Shown: positions 18,968-28,890, counted from the first letter of the stretch. The stretch: DNA of 64,000 bases from an uncultured Candidatus Saccharibacteria bacterium (GCA_964557535.1 CAZLAD010000002.1:85560-149559); one strand, 5' to 3'. The notes: generated by a model from the sequence alone, not told the origin. Translations and numbers: made by a program.

Positions 18968-19474
18968 TTAGTTATTTCTTTGTTTATCACCAGGGACATC
19001 ACCTGTTCCAGATGAATAAAGTGTTTTATCTACAAACTTACCCTCTTTATCTCTTCCTATATATTTCCATTTTCCTAATGCTTCTTTATAAGCTTGTGCA
19101 ACTTTTGCACCCTCTGTTACAAGATAGTTTTCGTAAGCTTTTATCAAGGCTGGGTTTTCTTCCATTCTCTTTTCACCAAGCTTTGAATATTTTGCTGATA
19201 GTTGTTCTGGAGCCTGACCAAAAAATCCCATGATCTTACTTTTCAATGCTTCCATTTTGCCACCTTTCTCTGTCGCGGTTTCGGGTGTTTTATTTTCTAG
19301 TTGCCCCTTAGTTGCGTCTGCCCTGATTGCATCAGATGATTCACTGTCAATCATTCCTGTCTTTTCAGCATGTTCAACAGTCATTCCTGAGTCTACCCTC
19401 TCTTTAACGGCCTCATTAGATGTAAGTTCTTCTTTTCTGCCAGGCGCAACTTCTACTTTTGGTGCTTCTCTCAT
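18968..19474 (-). CDS. hypothetical hydrophilic protein (168 aa, Lys/Glu-rich)
   Basis: Long ORF with a TTTGTA-N17-TATAAT promoter upstream (19490-19520, minus strand). No recognisable domain. Confidence 0.55.
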   Translation of the reverse strand: MREAPKVEVAPGRKEELTSNEAVKERVDSGMTVEHAEKTGMIDSESSDAIRADATKGQLENKTPETATEKGGKMEALKSKIMGFFGQAPEQLSAKYSKLGEKRMEENPALIKAYENYLVTEGAKVAQAYKEALGKWKYIGRDKEGKFVDKTLYSSGTGDVPGDKQRNN

Positions 19475-19552
19475 AAAATTTAAAAATTAAATACTAATTT
19501 AGCGTCTTCTAAGAACTGGCTAAATTATACCAAAATCTCCAAAAGCTACAAA

Positions 19553-20695
19553 CTATAACCCTGTAGAAAATATCGCATTTAGTATCTCTTTTGTTTTTGG
19601 CCCCACTACCCCATCAGCTTTTAGACCATTGGCTTTTTGAAAATCCTTGACGGCCTGAAGCGTACACGGACCGAAGTTTCCTGTAAACGGACAGTCGTTC
19701 ATCGTCTTTGGCGGGTAGAAACCAATTTCGCGCAGACCATATTGGAGCGCCATAACGTCATTTGACAGACTCTTGCCTATCGGCTCTTTGCCCCATGAAT
19801 ACAAAAGGTTCTTCATGTCTTGGCGACCATTTAGATAATCATAAATTCCTCGTGTAGTGGCTCTAGCCATAACAAACGCCGACAAATCAAAAACCTCCGG
19901 TCGAGTTTGCGGTTCATAAATGTACGAATACTCGACGAGAACGCTCGGAATCTTTAGCGTTCGGTTTGACCCGAGGGCAATCAGATTAAAATCGGTAATA
20001 ACACCATTTTCGTCGGCCTTGTTCTTCTCGAGAGGCATGTCACTCACCGGAAAAGTCTGTTTCATTCTCTGGCCTATCGCTTCACCGATAATGATGGCGT
20101 CGTCGTGGTTTGGTAAATTTTCATCTGGGACATAAATAGAAAATCCAGAAAAGTCTCCACGCTCTTTTGGAGAATGGTTCGTGTCATCATTGAAATGAAT
20201 ATTGATAATGATATCGAAATCATTTTCACTGGCCCATTTGTTCACCCCATATAGTTGATAAGCAACTGTCGGCAACGCATCCGCGTGCGGAACTTGTTCG
20301 CCGGGATCAATTTCATTTTCACTAATCGCATTTTTAGTGCTTTCTTTGTGATTTTTTATAAATCTATTTATCTCTCGTTCTTCTTCATCAAAATATTCCT
20401 GAATTTCTGGTATATAGCCGTCGTCGTTTCTAGTTACCGTAACGCTTAATTGTGGATCTTTGGTTAGCTCTTCTTTGATCTTGTTGGCAAGTTGTAAATT
20501 TATAGCCTGCTCACTAACACCGTTGAAATATGCCCCCGAATATTTCTTGTCGTGACCTGGAATGACGAGAATTTTAATTGTTTCTCCCGCACGATAACGT
20601 AGAGCGTTTGGCAAAAACGCTTCTTCGCCAAATGACACTTTTGGTAAAAAACCAAAGATTATTATGATGGCGAAAATATTTAATTTCATAATCAA
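19553..20695 (-). CDS. N-acetylmuramoyl-L-alanine amidase (Amidase_3-like) with C-terminal peptidoglycan-binding domain
   Basis: Signal/TM N-terminus, KILVIPGHD zinc-amidase region, C-terminal LQAVKDFQKANGLKADGVVGPKT PG_binding_1 motif. Confidence 0.75.
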   Translation of the reverse strand: MIMKLNIFAIIIIFGFLPKVSFGEEAFLPNALRYRAGETIKILVIPGHDKKYSGAYFNGVSEQAINLQLANKIKEELTKDPQLSVTVTRNDDGYIPEIQEYFDEEEREINRFIKNHKESTKNAISENEIDPGEQVPHADALPTVAYQLYGVNKWASENDFDIIINIHFNDDTNHSPKERGDFSGFSIYVPDENLPNHDDAIIIGEAIGQRMKQTFPVSDMPLEKNKADENGVITDFNLIALGSNRTLKIPSVLVEYSYIYEPQTRPEVFDLSAFVMARATTRGIYDYLNGRQDMKNLLYSWGKEPIGKSLSNDVMALQYGLREIGFYPPKTMNDCPFTGNFGPCTLQAVKDFQKANGLKADGVVGPKTKEILNAIFSTGL

Positions 20696-21498
20696 TGTTT
20701 TATAGGCAAAACAACCCGAAACGTACTGCCGTGTCCCATGCCAGCAGAATACGCGGAAATCTCGCCGTGCAAAGCATGTACTATTTGCCTAGCCAAATAC
20801 AACCCAAGTCCCGAACCAGCCTCGGAAGCTTTCCCGGCTTTGCCACGCAAAAATTTATCAAAAAGCTCCGAAAGCTCCGCCTTATCAATACCAGGACCTG
20901 TGTCTTTGACCTCGACAACGGCCTTGTGATCTGGCTTCTTGAAACTTACACTGATTTCTCCTTTGTTGGTGTACTTAATAGCGTTATCAATCAAATTAAC
21001 AAAAACCTGTCGCAATTTATTTTGATCTGAACGAATAAAACATGGATTGTTATCGCCCTGAAAGACGAGTCTTAGACCCTTGGCCTCGGCCGACATGCGA
21101 AATTCCTCGACCAAACGACCAACGAAATCATGCAAATCAAATTCTTCGAATTTCATGACCATTCCGCCTTGTTCCATTTTTGAAATATCGAGTAAATCAT
21201 TGACTGTGCCGATGAGATCGTCAGTGGTCAAAAGCAGGTGGTTTACCGTTTCTATTGAAAACTTTTCTTTGAGTGAATCTAGTCCCCATTTTATAGAAGT
21301 AAGTGGACTGCGTAACTGATGTGTCGCAAAAGACAAAAATTCGTTTTTCCTTGCATCTAGATCTGTGAGGTTGGTGTTTAATTTCTGGAGCGCGTCTTTC
21401 TGTCGGCCTTGAGCTCTAGAATTTCTGATCAACAAAGCACCGATTGCCATCATAACAAGAAGCGTTCCAGTCAAAACGATATTTAGGGTTGTCTCCAT
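20692..21498 (-). CDS. sensor histidine kinase
   Basis: N-terminal TM, HisKA H-box (ATHQLRSPLTSI), N-box NLIDNAIKYT, DTGPGI, GSGLGLYLARQIV. Overlaps the amidase start by 4 nt. Confidence 0.88.
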   Translation of the reverse strand: METTLNIVLTGTLLVMMAIGALLIRNSRAQGRQKDALQKLNTNLTDLDARKNEFLSFATHQLRSPLTSIKWGLDSLKEKFSIETVNHLLLTTDDLIGTVNDLLDISKMEQGGMVMKFEEFDLHDFVGRLVEEFRMSAEAKGLRLVFQGDNNPCFIRSDQNKLRQVFVNLIDNAIKYTNKGEISVSFKKPDHKAVVEVKDTGPGIDKAELSELFDKFLRGKAGKASEAGSGLGLYLARQIVHALHGEISAYSAGMGHGSTFRVVLPIKH

Positions 21499-21528
21499 GC
21501 AAATATTTTAACACATTTACGAAACGAT

Positions 21529-21556
21529 TTGCGTGTATTTTATAACATAGTAGAAT
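21529..21556 (+). promoter_or_regulatory. sigma70-like promoter TTGCGT-N16-TAGAAT for the receiver gene
   Basis: The -10 ends 9 nt before the first base of the CCCGTTAGAGAT leader element. Confidence 0.5.
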
Positions 21557-21565
21557 TAAGCTCGT

Positions 21566-21681
21566 CCCGTTAGAGATGTTTTGTTTTACATAACTACGAA
21601 AGCGGTGACGTTACTATTTATAAAAGGTTTATCAAAATTTAATCAAGGTACGTCAGCCCAAGACTGACTATCTCTAACGGG
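21566..21681 (+). promoter_or_regulatory. structured 5' leader closed by a 12-bp long-range helix (CCCGUUAGAGAU ... AUCUCUAACGGG), ending 4 nt before the ATG
   Basis: Perfect 12-nt inverted pair at 21566-21577 and 21670-21681. Internal hairpin GUCAG-CCCAAGA-CUGAC at 21652-21668. See findings. Confidence 0.6.
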
Positions 21682-21685
21682 ATAA

Positions 21686-22042
21686 ATGAAAAAAGTTTTA
21701 ATTATCGAAGACGATTCTTTCCTTCAAGGACTAGCCGCGAACAAACTTTCAAAAAGTGATTTTGCCGTTACAACAGCGAGCAAGGGCGAGGACGCGGTAA
21801 CAAAAATAGTCAACGAGAAATTTGACTGTATACTGCTTGACCTTATGCTTCCAGATATTTCAGGATTCGACATTTTGAAAAATATCAAAGACGCTCACCA
21901 AAAAGTCCCTGTCATCGTTTTCTCCAACCTTTCGGACGACAAAGATATCAAAAGAGCCATGGATTTGGGCGCCGAGGAATACCTCATCAAATCAAACTTC
22001 ACTCTCGAAGAACTCGTCGAAAAAGTCAAAAAAGCCGCGTAA
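21686..22042 (+). CDS. stand-alone response-regulator receiver domain protein (CheY-like)
   Basis: DD...D...T...K receiver residues (IIEDD, ILLDLMLPD, VIVFS, K). 118 aa, no output domain. Confidence 0.88.
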   Translation: MKKVLIIEDDSFLQGLAANKLSKSDFAVTTASKGEDAVTKIVNEKFDCILLDLMLPDISGFDILKNIKDAHQKVPVIVFSNLSDDKDIKRAMDLGAEEYLIKSNFTLEELVEKVKKAA

Positions 22043-22065
22043 ACGACCCTTAAAAATCTCCGCAC

Positions 22066-22223
22066 TAAAAACAAGATGTTTTGCCTTAAAAGTCCGTTCT
22101 GTTTGAGGAGTGTCTAAACACTCCGAGTTAACGGATCTTTTTGGCTTAAAACATCTTGTTTTTAGGCTAGATTTTTTCTGGGTCTTGAATTTTTGGTTAC
22201 TTTTGCTTCAAGGCAAAAGTAAC
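22066..22223 (+). promoter_or_regulatory. nested hairpin region between the receiver gene and recG (terminator or attenuator-like)
   Basis: 18-nt perfect inverted repeat CTAAAAACAAGATGTTTT at 22066-22083 and 22148-22165, enclosing hairpin GGAGTG-TCTAAA-CACTCC (22107-22124). A third hairpin GTTACTTTTGC-TTCAAGG-CAAAAGTAAC lies at 22196-22223. Confidence 0.5.
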
Positions 22224-22250
22224 GGAGAGAGCTACTGTATAATAGAACTC

Positions 22251-24455
22251 ATGCAAATCTCGGAAAGGATTGAAGATAATTTTAGATTAACTCCAGACCA
22301 GAAAAAGGCTCTTTCGCGTCTCGGCTTGCAAACGATTGAAGATCTCCTATTTTACTTCCCCACCCGCTACAGCGACATAAGCGAAATCAAACTCATCCGC
22401 GATCTCGTCGCCGGCGATGTCGCGACAGTTTATGGCGAGATAAATAAACTCAAAGTCAAAAAAGCCTTTCGAAGCAAAATACCTATGGCCGAAGGCGTCA
22501 TCGATGACGGCACCGGCCGACTCAAAGTCACATGGTTTAACCAAGCCTACATCGGAAAAATGCTTCACGACGGACAGAAGGTTTCACTAACTGGAAAAAT
22601 TAGCGAAGGCAAATACGGCATGTCGATGTCGAATCCTGAATACGCGCCGACAGCTGGTCTCCCTATCGACATGCACAACACACTTTTCGCTGGAGAAAAT
22701 TCCGAAGAATTTTCATATCCAATTTATCCCGAAACTCGCGGCATCACTTCAAAATGGATTTATCACGCCGTGCAAAAAATTGTTGGGAGTGGAATCATAA
22801 AAAGTCTGAACGAATATATTCCGGAGGAGATTTTAGAAAAGTATCATTTACCGAAACTTTCAACAGCGCTGGTATGGATCCATATGCCAAAGAAAAAATC
22901 TGACGCCGATTCAGCTCGAAAACGTTTTGCCTTCGAAGAAGTTTTTATGATTCAGCTCGAAAAAGCCCGCGAGCGCGAAGAAAATCGCGAGAAAAAATCT
23001 TTTAAAATTTCTGTCGACAAAAAAGATATTCTGGATTTTACAAAACGCTTTCCATTCGAAATGACGGCCGGACAAAAATCAGCAATCGATGACATACTTC
23101 AAGACTTCCAAAAAGAATATCCGATGTCGCGACTTCTCGAAGGAGACGTTGGTTCGGGCAAAACAGCCGTCGCAGCCACGGCAGCGTATGCGGTGATCAA
23201 CAATAAGCCCTTCGACGTTGCTCGGGGCCGTTTGCAGACCTTCGGAAATCTGCAAACGGCCTACATGGCGCCGACGGAGATCTTGGCCAATCAACATTTT
23301 GAAAGTTTTATAAAATATTTTACTCACCCGTCCGAACGAGACGGTTCGGCTCGGGCGGGTACCGGCATCCAGGTCGGACTAATCACCGGCTCGGGATGCA
23401 AGAAGTTTCCGTCAAAAATAAACCCGACGGAGTGGACGGATATTTCAAAAGCCCAACTACTAAAATGGGTGGCCAATGGCGAAATCCCAATCCTTATCGG
23501 CACACACGCCCTCATTTACAAGTCCGTCAAGTTCAAACATTTGGCGCTTACCATCGTCGACGAACAGCATCGCTTCGGAACAAAACAACGCGGCAAATTG
23601 GCGAAAAAAGATGAATTTGCACCACATTTTCTGTCGATGACGGCGACGCCTATTCCCCGCACGCTCGCGCTCACCATCTACGGCGACCTCGATTTGACGC
23701 TCCTAGATGAAATGCCGGCTGGCCGAAAAAAAGTCATCACTGAAATCATCGCGCCCAACAAACGTGACGAAACATATGATTTTATAAAAAGTGAAATGGC
23801 AAACGGTCGCCAGCTCTACGTCATCTGCCCGAGAATTGATGAACCTGATCCGGATAAAGAATTTGCGTTACAGGCAAAGTCGGTCAAAGCCGAGGCACAG
23901 AGATTGAAACGTGAAATTTTCCCCGACAAAACAATCGGCATTCTGCATAGCAAAATGACACCAGCCGAAAAAGAACGCGTCATGGAAAAATTTGAAAAAG
24001 CCGAAATTGATATTTTATGCGCGACGTCAGTCGTCGAAGTCGGCGTGAACGTCCCAAACGCTACACTCATCATAATTGAAGGCGCGGAAAGATTCGGCCT
24101 GGCCCAACTTCACCAGCTTCGTGGACGTGTTATACGTTCGAACCATCAGGCGTATTGTTTCGTCATGCCAGAAAGCGTTAGCAAGAAAAGTGTGGATAGA
24201 TTGAAAGCTTTGAAGACTGCCAAAAATGGATTTGAACTTTCGGAACTCGACTTACAACTTCGCGGTTCAGGAGACCTAGCTGGCATGAAGCAATGGGGCG
24301 TCACAGACCTTGGTATGGAAGCGATCAAAAATATTAAAATGGTCGAAGCCGCGCGAAACGAAGCGCGTGAAATCGTAACCAACAACCTCCTGCCTAAATT
24401 CCCCGCCCTAGAAACTGAATTCCTAAAACGAGAAAAGAAAATTCACTTTGAATAA
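22251..24455 (+). CDS. recG: ATP-dependent DNA helicase RecG
   Basis: Wedge domain, helicase motifs GDVGSGKT, DEQHRFG, TATPIPRTL. ATG at 22251 (MQISER...) sits 7 nt after a TATAAT box; the track start at 22110 is upstream of that box. Confidence 0.92.
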   Translation: MQISERIEDNFRLTPDQKKALSRLGLQTIEDLLFYFPTRYSDISEIKLIRDLVAGDVATVYGEINKLKVKKAFRSKIPMAEGVIDDGTGRLKVTWFNQAYIGKMLHDGQKVSLTGKISEGKYGMSMSNPEYAPTAGLPIDMHNTLFAGENSEEFSYPIYPETRGITSKWIYHAVQKIVGSGIIKSLNEYIPEEILEKYHLPKLSTALVWIHMPKKKSDADSARKRFAFEEVFMIQLEKAREREENREKKSFKISVDKKDILDFTKRFPFEMTAGQKSAIDDILQDFQKEYPMSRLLEGDVGSGKTAVAATAAYAVINNKPFDVARGRLQTFGNLQTAYMAPTEILANQHFESFIKYFTHPSERDGSARAGTGIQVGLITGSGCKKFPSKINPTEWTDISKAQLLKWVANGEIPILIGTHALIYKSVKFKHLALTIVDEQHRFGTKQRGKLAKKDEFAPHFLSMTATPIPRTLALTIYGDLDLTLLDEMPAGRKKVITEIIAPNKRDETYDFIKSEMANGRQLYVICPRIDEPDPDKEFALQAKSVKAEAQRLKREIFPDKTIGILHSKMTPAEKERVMEKFEKAEIDILCATSVVEVGVNVPNATLIIIEGAERFGLAQLHQLRGRVIRSNHQAYCFVMPESVSKKSVDRLKALKTAKNGFELSELDLQLRGSGDLAGMKQWGVTDLGMEAIKNIKMVEAARNEAREIVTNNLLPKFPALETEFLKREKKIHFE

Positions 24456-24460
24456 AAACA

Positions 24461-24488
24461 AAACCACCCTTTCGGGTGGTTTTGTTTG
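24461..24488 (+). terminator. rho-independent terminator AAACCACCCTTTCGGGTGGTTTTGTTTG
   Basis: Hairpin plus U-tract immediately after the recG stop. Confidence 0.85.
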
Positions 24489-24494
24489 CAAATT

Positions 24495-25718
24495 TTATTT
24501 TTTAGCTAACTTCTCTTGCAATGAATTAATAATGACTGCATTTGCTATGTTCTGCCAAAGAACGGCACTTTTACCAGTTCTATTAGGATTACTACCATAC
24601 TCTTTCGTGTGGGCTTCTAGGATTTGACCAACTAGTTTTGAACCGTGTTTCTCCAAAAAATCTTCTGGAGCAACAGCCCAATCAAGTTCACCTTCTCTTT
24701 CTTCGAGTAAGAAACGTAGAGATGCGAATATAGGCATTATAAAACCTTTTGCAAGCCTGTAATCAACAATCTCTCCTGTGAAAGGTAACTTAATCTCTAA
24801 TGCTTTTTTATTTTCACCTTTCCCTCTATATTTTTCAACGCCTTTTATTCTACCGAAAATTTTAGTACCTGAATTTTTGGCGTAATCTTCAAAATTTTTG
24901 TAGAGATATTCGTATAATCTGACAATAGAAGGAAGTAGATGGTATATCTTTTCATAGGATGAACGATTTTTCTTGTTCGACCATTTTTTGAAACAAGAAT
25001 TGAGACCTGTATATGTAACTGTTGGTTGATTTGTTTCCGAATAAAGTTCTCTGTTAAGGGCCGTCATAAGTGCTATGAGTTCTTCGATTGGGAATACCGC
25101 TTCGTCGTCGCCTATATCCTGATTTTGATAGAAAATTATTTTCCTACTCAAACTTCCTAGTGCTTCTTTTATTGGATCAAACTCTTTATTTTGGTTACTT
25201 ATTGATTTTTCATCAACCTGCACACTTGTATTTCTCGCCCTCGCCAATTTAGTAGCAAATTCATCTGCCCCTTCTATGACTGTTACAAATATGGGTAGAT
25301 CTTTGAGTGATTCATCTTTTATTACTTTCTTCAATACTTCATATGTATGTCCCCCATCGACAAGACCTCCTTCTGAATTACCTTCTTCATCCTGACCAAA
25401 ATCAATAATTACTCTCTTGTCTTGATCATTAACTGCTGGAAAGTGTACCTTTTTAGCAATTAAGAGTAGTCCTCTGTTACAATCTGTGAAATATTCTGGT
25501 TCATCTTCCAAGGTTTCTAACATTTGTTTACATGGTTTACTATTGATATCAGGTTTTCTCGGATTAGGTACTAGTGGTATATCTTGAGGAAGGTCTTTAA
25601 GTAAAATAAAAAGGAAATGCGTCTTTATGACATCATTCCCCTCTGTGTCGTTATAATGCAACTTGCGAGTTATAGTCCTAGATTGTGAGTAATTAAACTC
25701 AAGATTTGTGTTCGTCAT
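24495..25718 (-). CDS. orphan 407-aa protein in an AT-rich islet next to a tRNA; possible ParB/Srx-fold (DGQHR/DGQQR-like) defence-associated protein
   Basis: GC about 36% against about 40% in the flanks. Motif GLVDGGHTYEV resembles the DGQHR/DGQQR signature of DndB/DUF262 ParB-like nucleases. Sits between the recG terminator and tRNA-Ile, with no integrase. Confidence 0.5.
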   Translation of the reverse strand: MTNTNLEFNYSQSRTITRKLHYNDTEGNDVIKTHFLFILLKDLPQDIPLVPNPRKPDINSKPCKQMLETLEDEPEYFTDCNRGLLLIAKKVHFPAVNDQDKRVIIDFGQDEEGNSEGGLVDGGHTYEVLKKVIKDESLKDLPIFVTVIEGADEFATKLARARNTSVQVDEKSISNQNKEFDPIKEALGSLSRKIIFYQNQDIGDDEAVFPIEELIALMTALNRELYSETNQPTVTYTGLNSCFKKWSNKKNRSSYEKIYHLLPSIVRLYEYLYKNFEDYAKNSGTKIFGRIKGVEKYRGKGENKKALEIKLPFTGEIVDYRLAKGFIMPIFASLRFLLEEREGELDWAVAPEDFLEKHGSKLVGQILEAHTKEYGSNPNRTGKSAVLWQNIANAVIINSLQEKLAKK

Positions 25719-25861
25719 ATATTTCTTATCTATAAAATTAATAATTTTACGTCAACTCAAAGCAGGGTTACTTTGGCCAACTTTGATCTGCGACAAGGTT
25801 GTCTTCAAATCAACATTGAAATTATATACTATGGAATATCTATTGTCAAAAAAATATTTTG

Positions 25862-25936
25862 TCCACCCTCCACGACTCGAACGTGGGACCCTCGAGGTAT
25901 AAGCTCGATGCTCTAACCAACTGAGCTAAGGGTGGT
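25862..25936 (-). tRNA. tRNA-Ile (anticodon UAU)
   Basis: Reverse complement: acceptor CCACCCU/AGGGUGG, D-arm GCUCAGUUGGUUAGAGC, anticodon arm UCGAG-CUUAUAC-CUCGA, T-arm CCACG-UUCGAGU-CGUGG, discriminator A. Confidence 0.8.
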
Positions 25937-25979
25937 CGGTCGCCCCATTATGCCTATTCGAGGGGGCGATTTCAAGCGA

Positions 25980-27983
25980 CTATTTCTTCAAGTCTTTCTT
26001 CTCGACATCTGTCATTTCTGGTTTTGGATCACCTTTTTTCTTTGATTCGGGGAGAACTTTTGGTTCGATGCCGAATTTTTTGATGAGTTCGTTGTATTCT
26101 TTTTGCTCCAGCGTTTCTTTTTCTATCAAAGCATTGGCAATTGCATCGAGGACTTCTCGCTTTTCGGCCAAAACTTTCTCGGCGACTTTCAAGCTATCAT
26201 CGATAATCTTTTTAACTTCTGAATCGATCGTCATGTTCATCTGATCAGAATATTCTTTCTCGCCAAATCCGCGTCCAAACATTACTTCCGAGTCATGTCC
26301 TTCGAGAGCAATCGGACCGATGGCGTCAGACATACCCCACTTCGTCACCATGGCGCGGGCCAATCGTGAAGCAACTTGTAGATCCGAAGAAGGTCCCGTT
26401 GTAACATCTCCAAAAATCATTTTCTCGGCTACATACCCGCCCAAAGACATGACGATGTCGTCGAGAAATTCTTTTCGTGTTTGAAGTTTGCGTTCTTCAA
26501 GTGGAAGCTTCATAGTAAATCCACCAGCGCGTCCGCGCGAAACGATTGTCACTTTATGAACTGGATCAGCGTCTGGAAGTACCGAGGCGATGAGCGCATG
26601 ACCGGCTTCGTGATACGCAGTGATTTTCTTTTCTTTTGGTGTGAGCAAATGACTTTTGCGTTCTGGACCAATGAGAACTTTTTCGATCGAGCTCAATACG
26701 TCTTCTTGGACCACCTTTTTTCGATCAGCGCGCGCGGCACGGATTGCGGCCTCGTTCATAAGCGACGCAAGGTCTGCGCCAGAAAATCCTGGTGTTCTCT
26801 CAGCTACAACTTTCAAATCAATATCAGTTTCAAGAGGTTTTTTCCTCGAGTGAATTTTGAGAATTTCTTCGCGGTCGCGTCTGTCTGGCAAATCAACCAT
26901 CACACGCCTATCAAATCGTCCGGGACGCAGAAGCGCTGGGTCGAGAACATCAGATCTGTTTGTCGCCGCCATGACGATAACTTTTTGATTTTGTTCGAAG
27001 CCATCCATTTCAGTCAAAATTTGGTTCAATGTTTGTTCGCGCTCGTCATTTCCACCACCAAATCCACTTCCTCGTTTGCGACCAACAGCATCAATCTCGT
27101 CGATAAAGACGATTGCCGGTGCGGCACGTTTGGCCATTTTGAAAAGATCGCGCACACGCGACGCGCCGACACCAACAAACATTTCCACGAAATCAGATCC
27201 AGATAAATGAAAGAATGGCACATTCGCTTCCCCAGCAACAGCTCTTGCAAGCAATGTCTTGCCTGTTCCTGGAGCACCTTCGAGAAGCACACCTTTTGGA
27301 ATTGAGGCGCCAATGTCTATAAACTTTTTCGGATTTTTCAAGAAGTCGACAATTTCTTCGAGTTCGGTTTTCGCCTCGCGGACACCGGCCACATCTTTGA
27401 ATGTCACGCGATTATTTTTGTCATCGGGATCCGTAAGTTTGGCTTTTGACTGACCAAAAGAAAATGCTTGCATACCGGCACCTTTTGCCTGACGAGACAA
27501 AAACCAAAAGAAAAGCAAAATAAAAATTACCGGGATCAAAAATGGCAACAAGTTGCCGATCCAATACCAAAACCCTGATTCGTTTTTGATTTCAATGTTT
27601 GATCGACTTAAATCATCGGCGGTTACGCCATAATTTGACAACGTTTCAGTCAGAGATGACTCTAATTCTTTTTTGGAAGTAACGACCGTACTCGACACAT
27701 CGTTTAAAGTAATTTCAAGTTTTTCTCCTTCAACTAAAATACTTTTTATTTCGCCCGCTTTTATTTTTTGGGACAAGGCAGAAAGCGTGATGTTTTCTGG
27801 TTTTGATTTATCAGAAGCAAAAAGAGAATACAGGGCCATAATAGTCAGGAGTATCAGAAAAACGCTCCACAATTTCGACATGAAACCGCCGTCGTTTTTC
27901 TTTTTGTTCTTATTTTTCTTGTTATCTTTCAATATTTCCATAATTTTTAAGTGTTTTGGATAAAACGTCCCGCTATTATACAA
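25980..27983 (-). CDS. ftsH: ATP-dependent zinc metalloprotease FtsH
   Basis: Two N-terminal TM helices, AAA Walker [22 protein letters not shown], zinc motif HEAGHAL. The start is uncertain (27983, 27941 or 27881). Confidence 0.92.
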   Translation of the reverse strand: MYNSGTFYPKHLKIMEILKDNKKNKNKKKNDGGFMSKLWSVFLILLTIMALYSLFASDKSKPENITLSALSQKIKAGEIKSILVEGEKLEITLNDVSSTVVTSKKELESSLTETLSNYGVTADDLSRSNIEIKNESGFWYWIGNLLPFLIPVIFILLFFWFLSRQAKGAGMQAFSFGQSKAKLTDPDDKNNRVTFKDVAGVREAKTELEEIVDFLKNPKKFIDIGASIPKGVLLEGAPGTGKTLLARAVAGEANVPFFHLSGSDFVEMFVGVGASRVRDLFKMAKRAAPAIVFIDEIDAVGRKRGSGFGGGNDEREQTLNQILTEMDGFEQNQKVIVMAATNRSDVLDPALLRPGRFDRRVMVDLPDRRDREEILKIHSRKKPLETDIDLKVVAERTPGFSGADLASLMNEAAIRAARADRKKVVQEDVLSSIEKVLIGPERKSHLLTPKEKKITAYHEAGHALIASVLPDADPVHKVTIVSRGRAGGFTMKLPLEERKLQTRKEFLDDIVMSLGGYVAEKMIFGDVTTGPSSDLQVASRLARAMVTKWGMSDAIGPIALEGHDSEVMFGRGFGEKEYSDQMNMTIDSEVKKIIDDSLKVAEKVLAEKREVLDAIANALIEKETLEQKEYNELIKKFGIEPKVLPESKKKGDPKPEMTDVEKKDLKK

Positions 27984-27992
27984 TGAAAACCT

Positions 27993-28448
27993 ATGTCAGG
28001 AAAGCCGGAAACATTATTAAAAAACGCCAAATTTGGCCGAGATTACGAAACGATCGAGAAATACGAAGCGGGTATTTCCTTGCGCGGATTTGAGGTCAAA
28101 TCACTCAAAGATCACCAGGGCTCTATCAGCGAATCTTATGTCGCTATCCGTAATGGCGAGGCCTACCTTCTAAACGCCCATATCCCCGCCTACCAGCCCA
28201 AAAATACCCCCGAGGGCTTCGACCCGTACCAAGAGCGCAAACTGCTCCTATCGAAGCGTGAGCTCACCGAACTTGCTGACAAAGTCAAACGCGGTAACTT
28301 GACAATTATGCCTATTTCAATGTATAATAATGGCAAGAAAATCAAGGTAAACTTGGCTTTGGCGCGCGGTAAGAAAAAGTTCGACAAGCGTCTTAGTATA
28401 AAGAAAGCGGACATTGAAAGAGACTTGGGCCGAAGATTGAAAAATTAG
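27993..28448 (+). CDS. smpB: SsrA-binding protein SmpB
   Basis: 151 aa, typical SmpB sequence ([18 protein letters not shown]...), basic C-terminal tail, followed directly by tmRNA. Confidence 0.92.
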   Translation: MSGKPETLLKNAKFGRDYETIEKYEAGISLRGFEVKSLKDHQGSISESYVAIRNGEAYLLNAHIPAYQPKNTPEGFDPYQERKLLLSKRELTELADKVKRGNLTIMPISMYNNGKKIKVNLALARGKKKFDKRLSIKKADIERDLGRRLKN

Positions 28449-28508
28449 GACTTTGAAAATTTATTCCCGGCCGTTCACGATGGCTTGATGATTATTCGTC
28501 TGGCTTTC

Positions 28509-28884
28509 GGGGATGACCGGCTTTGACATTTGATTCCCTTTTGTTAGCGCATGTCGAGCTGAAGTAACTCGTCAAACTGCTTCAAACCCTTAGATGCAAA
28601 ATCTAAAGGACTAGTGAAGTCTCCATTTCAAATGAAGGCTTTCACTCCAGCTTTCGCGTAAGCCAGGGCTGGTGTCATTCATTCTGAATCCTGATACGGA
28701 TGAATGGCATAATAAAATCGGGATAAGCGCTCGGCCTTCTCGCCCGCGCGACAAAAATCTAGAGATCGATTCGTGTTTGTTTTGTTTATCCTATAGAACA
28801 CGTCTCTAAATCAAAAGATAAACTACACATGTAGACCCTAGCAGAAGCATCTTATGGACGGGGGTTCAATTCCCCCCATCTCCA
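28509..28884 (+). ncRNA. ssrA: tmRNA (SsrA)
   Basis: 5' GGGGAUG pairs with 3' CAUCUCC including the G3-U wobble. T-arm GGGGGUUCAAUUCCCCC then ACA. An internal reading frame ends ...QMKAFTPAFA*. Terminator follows. Confidence 0.8.
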
Positions 28885-28890
28885 CAATTA

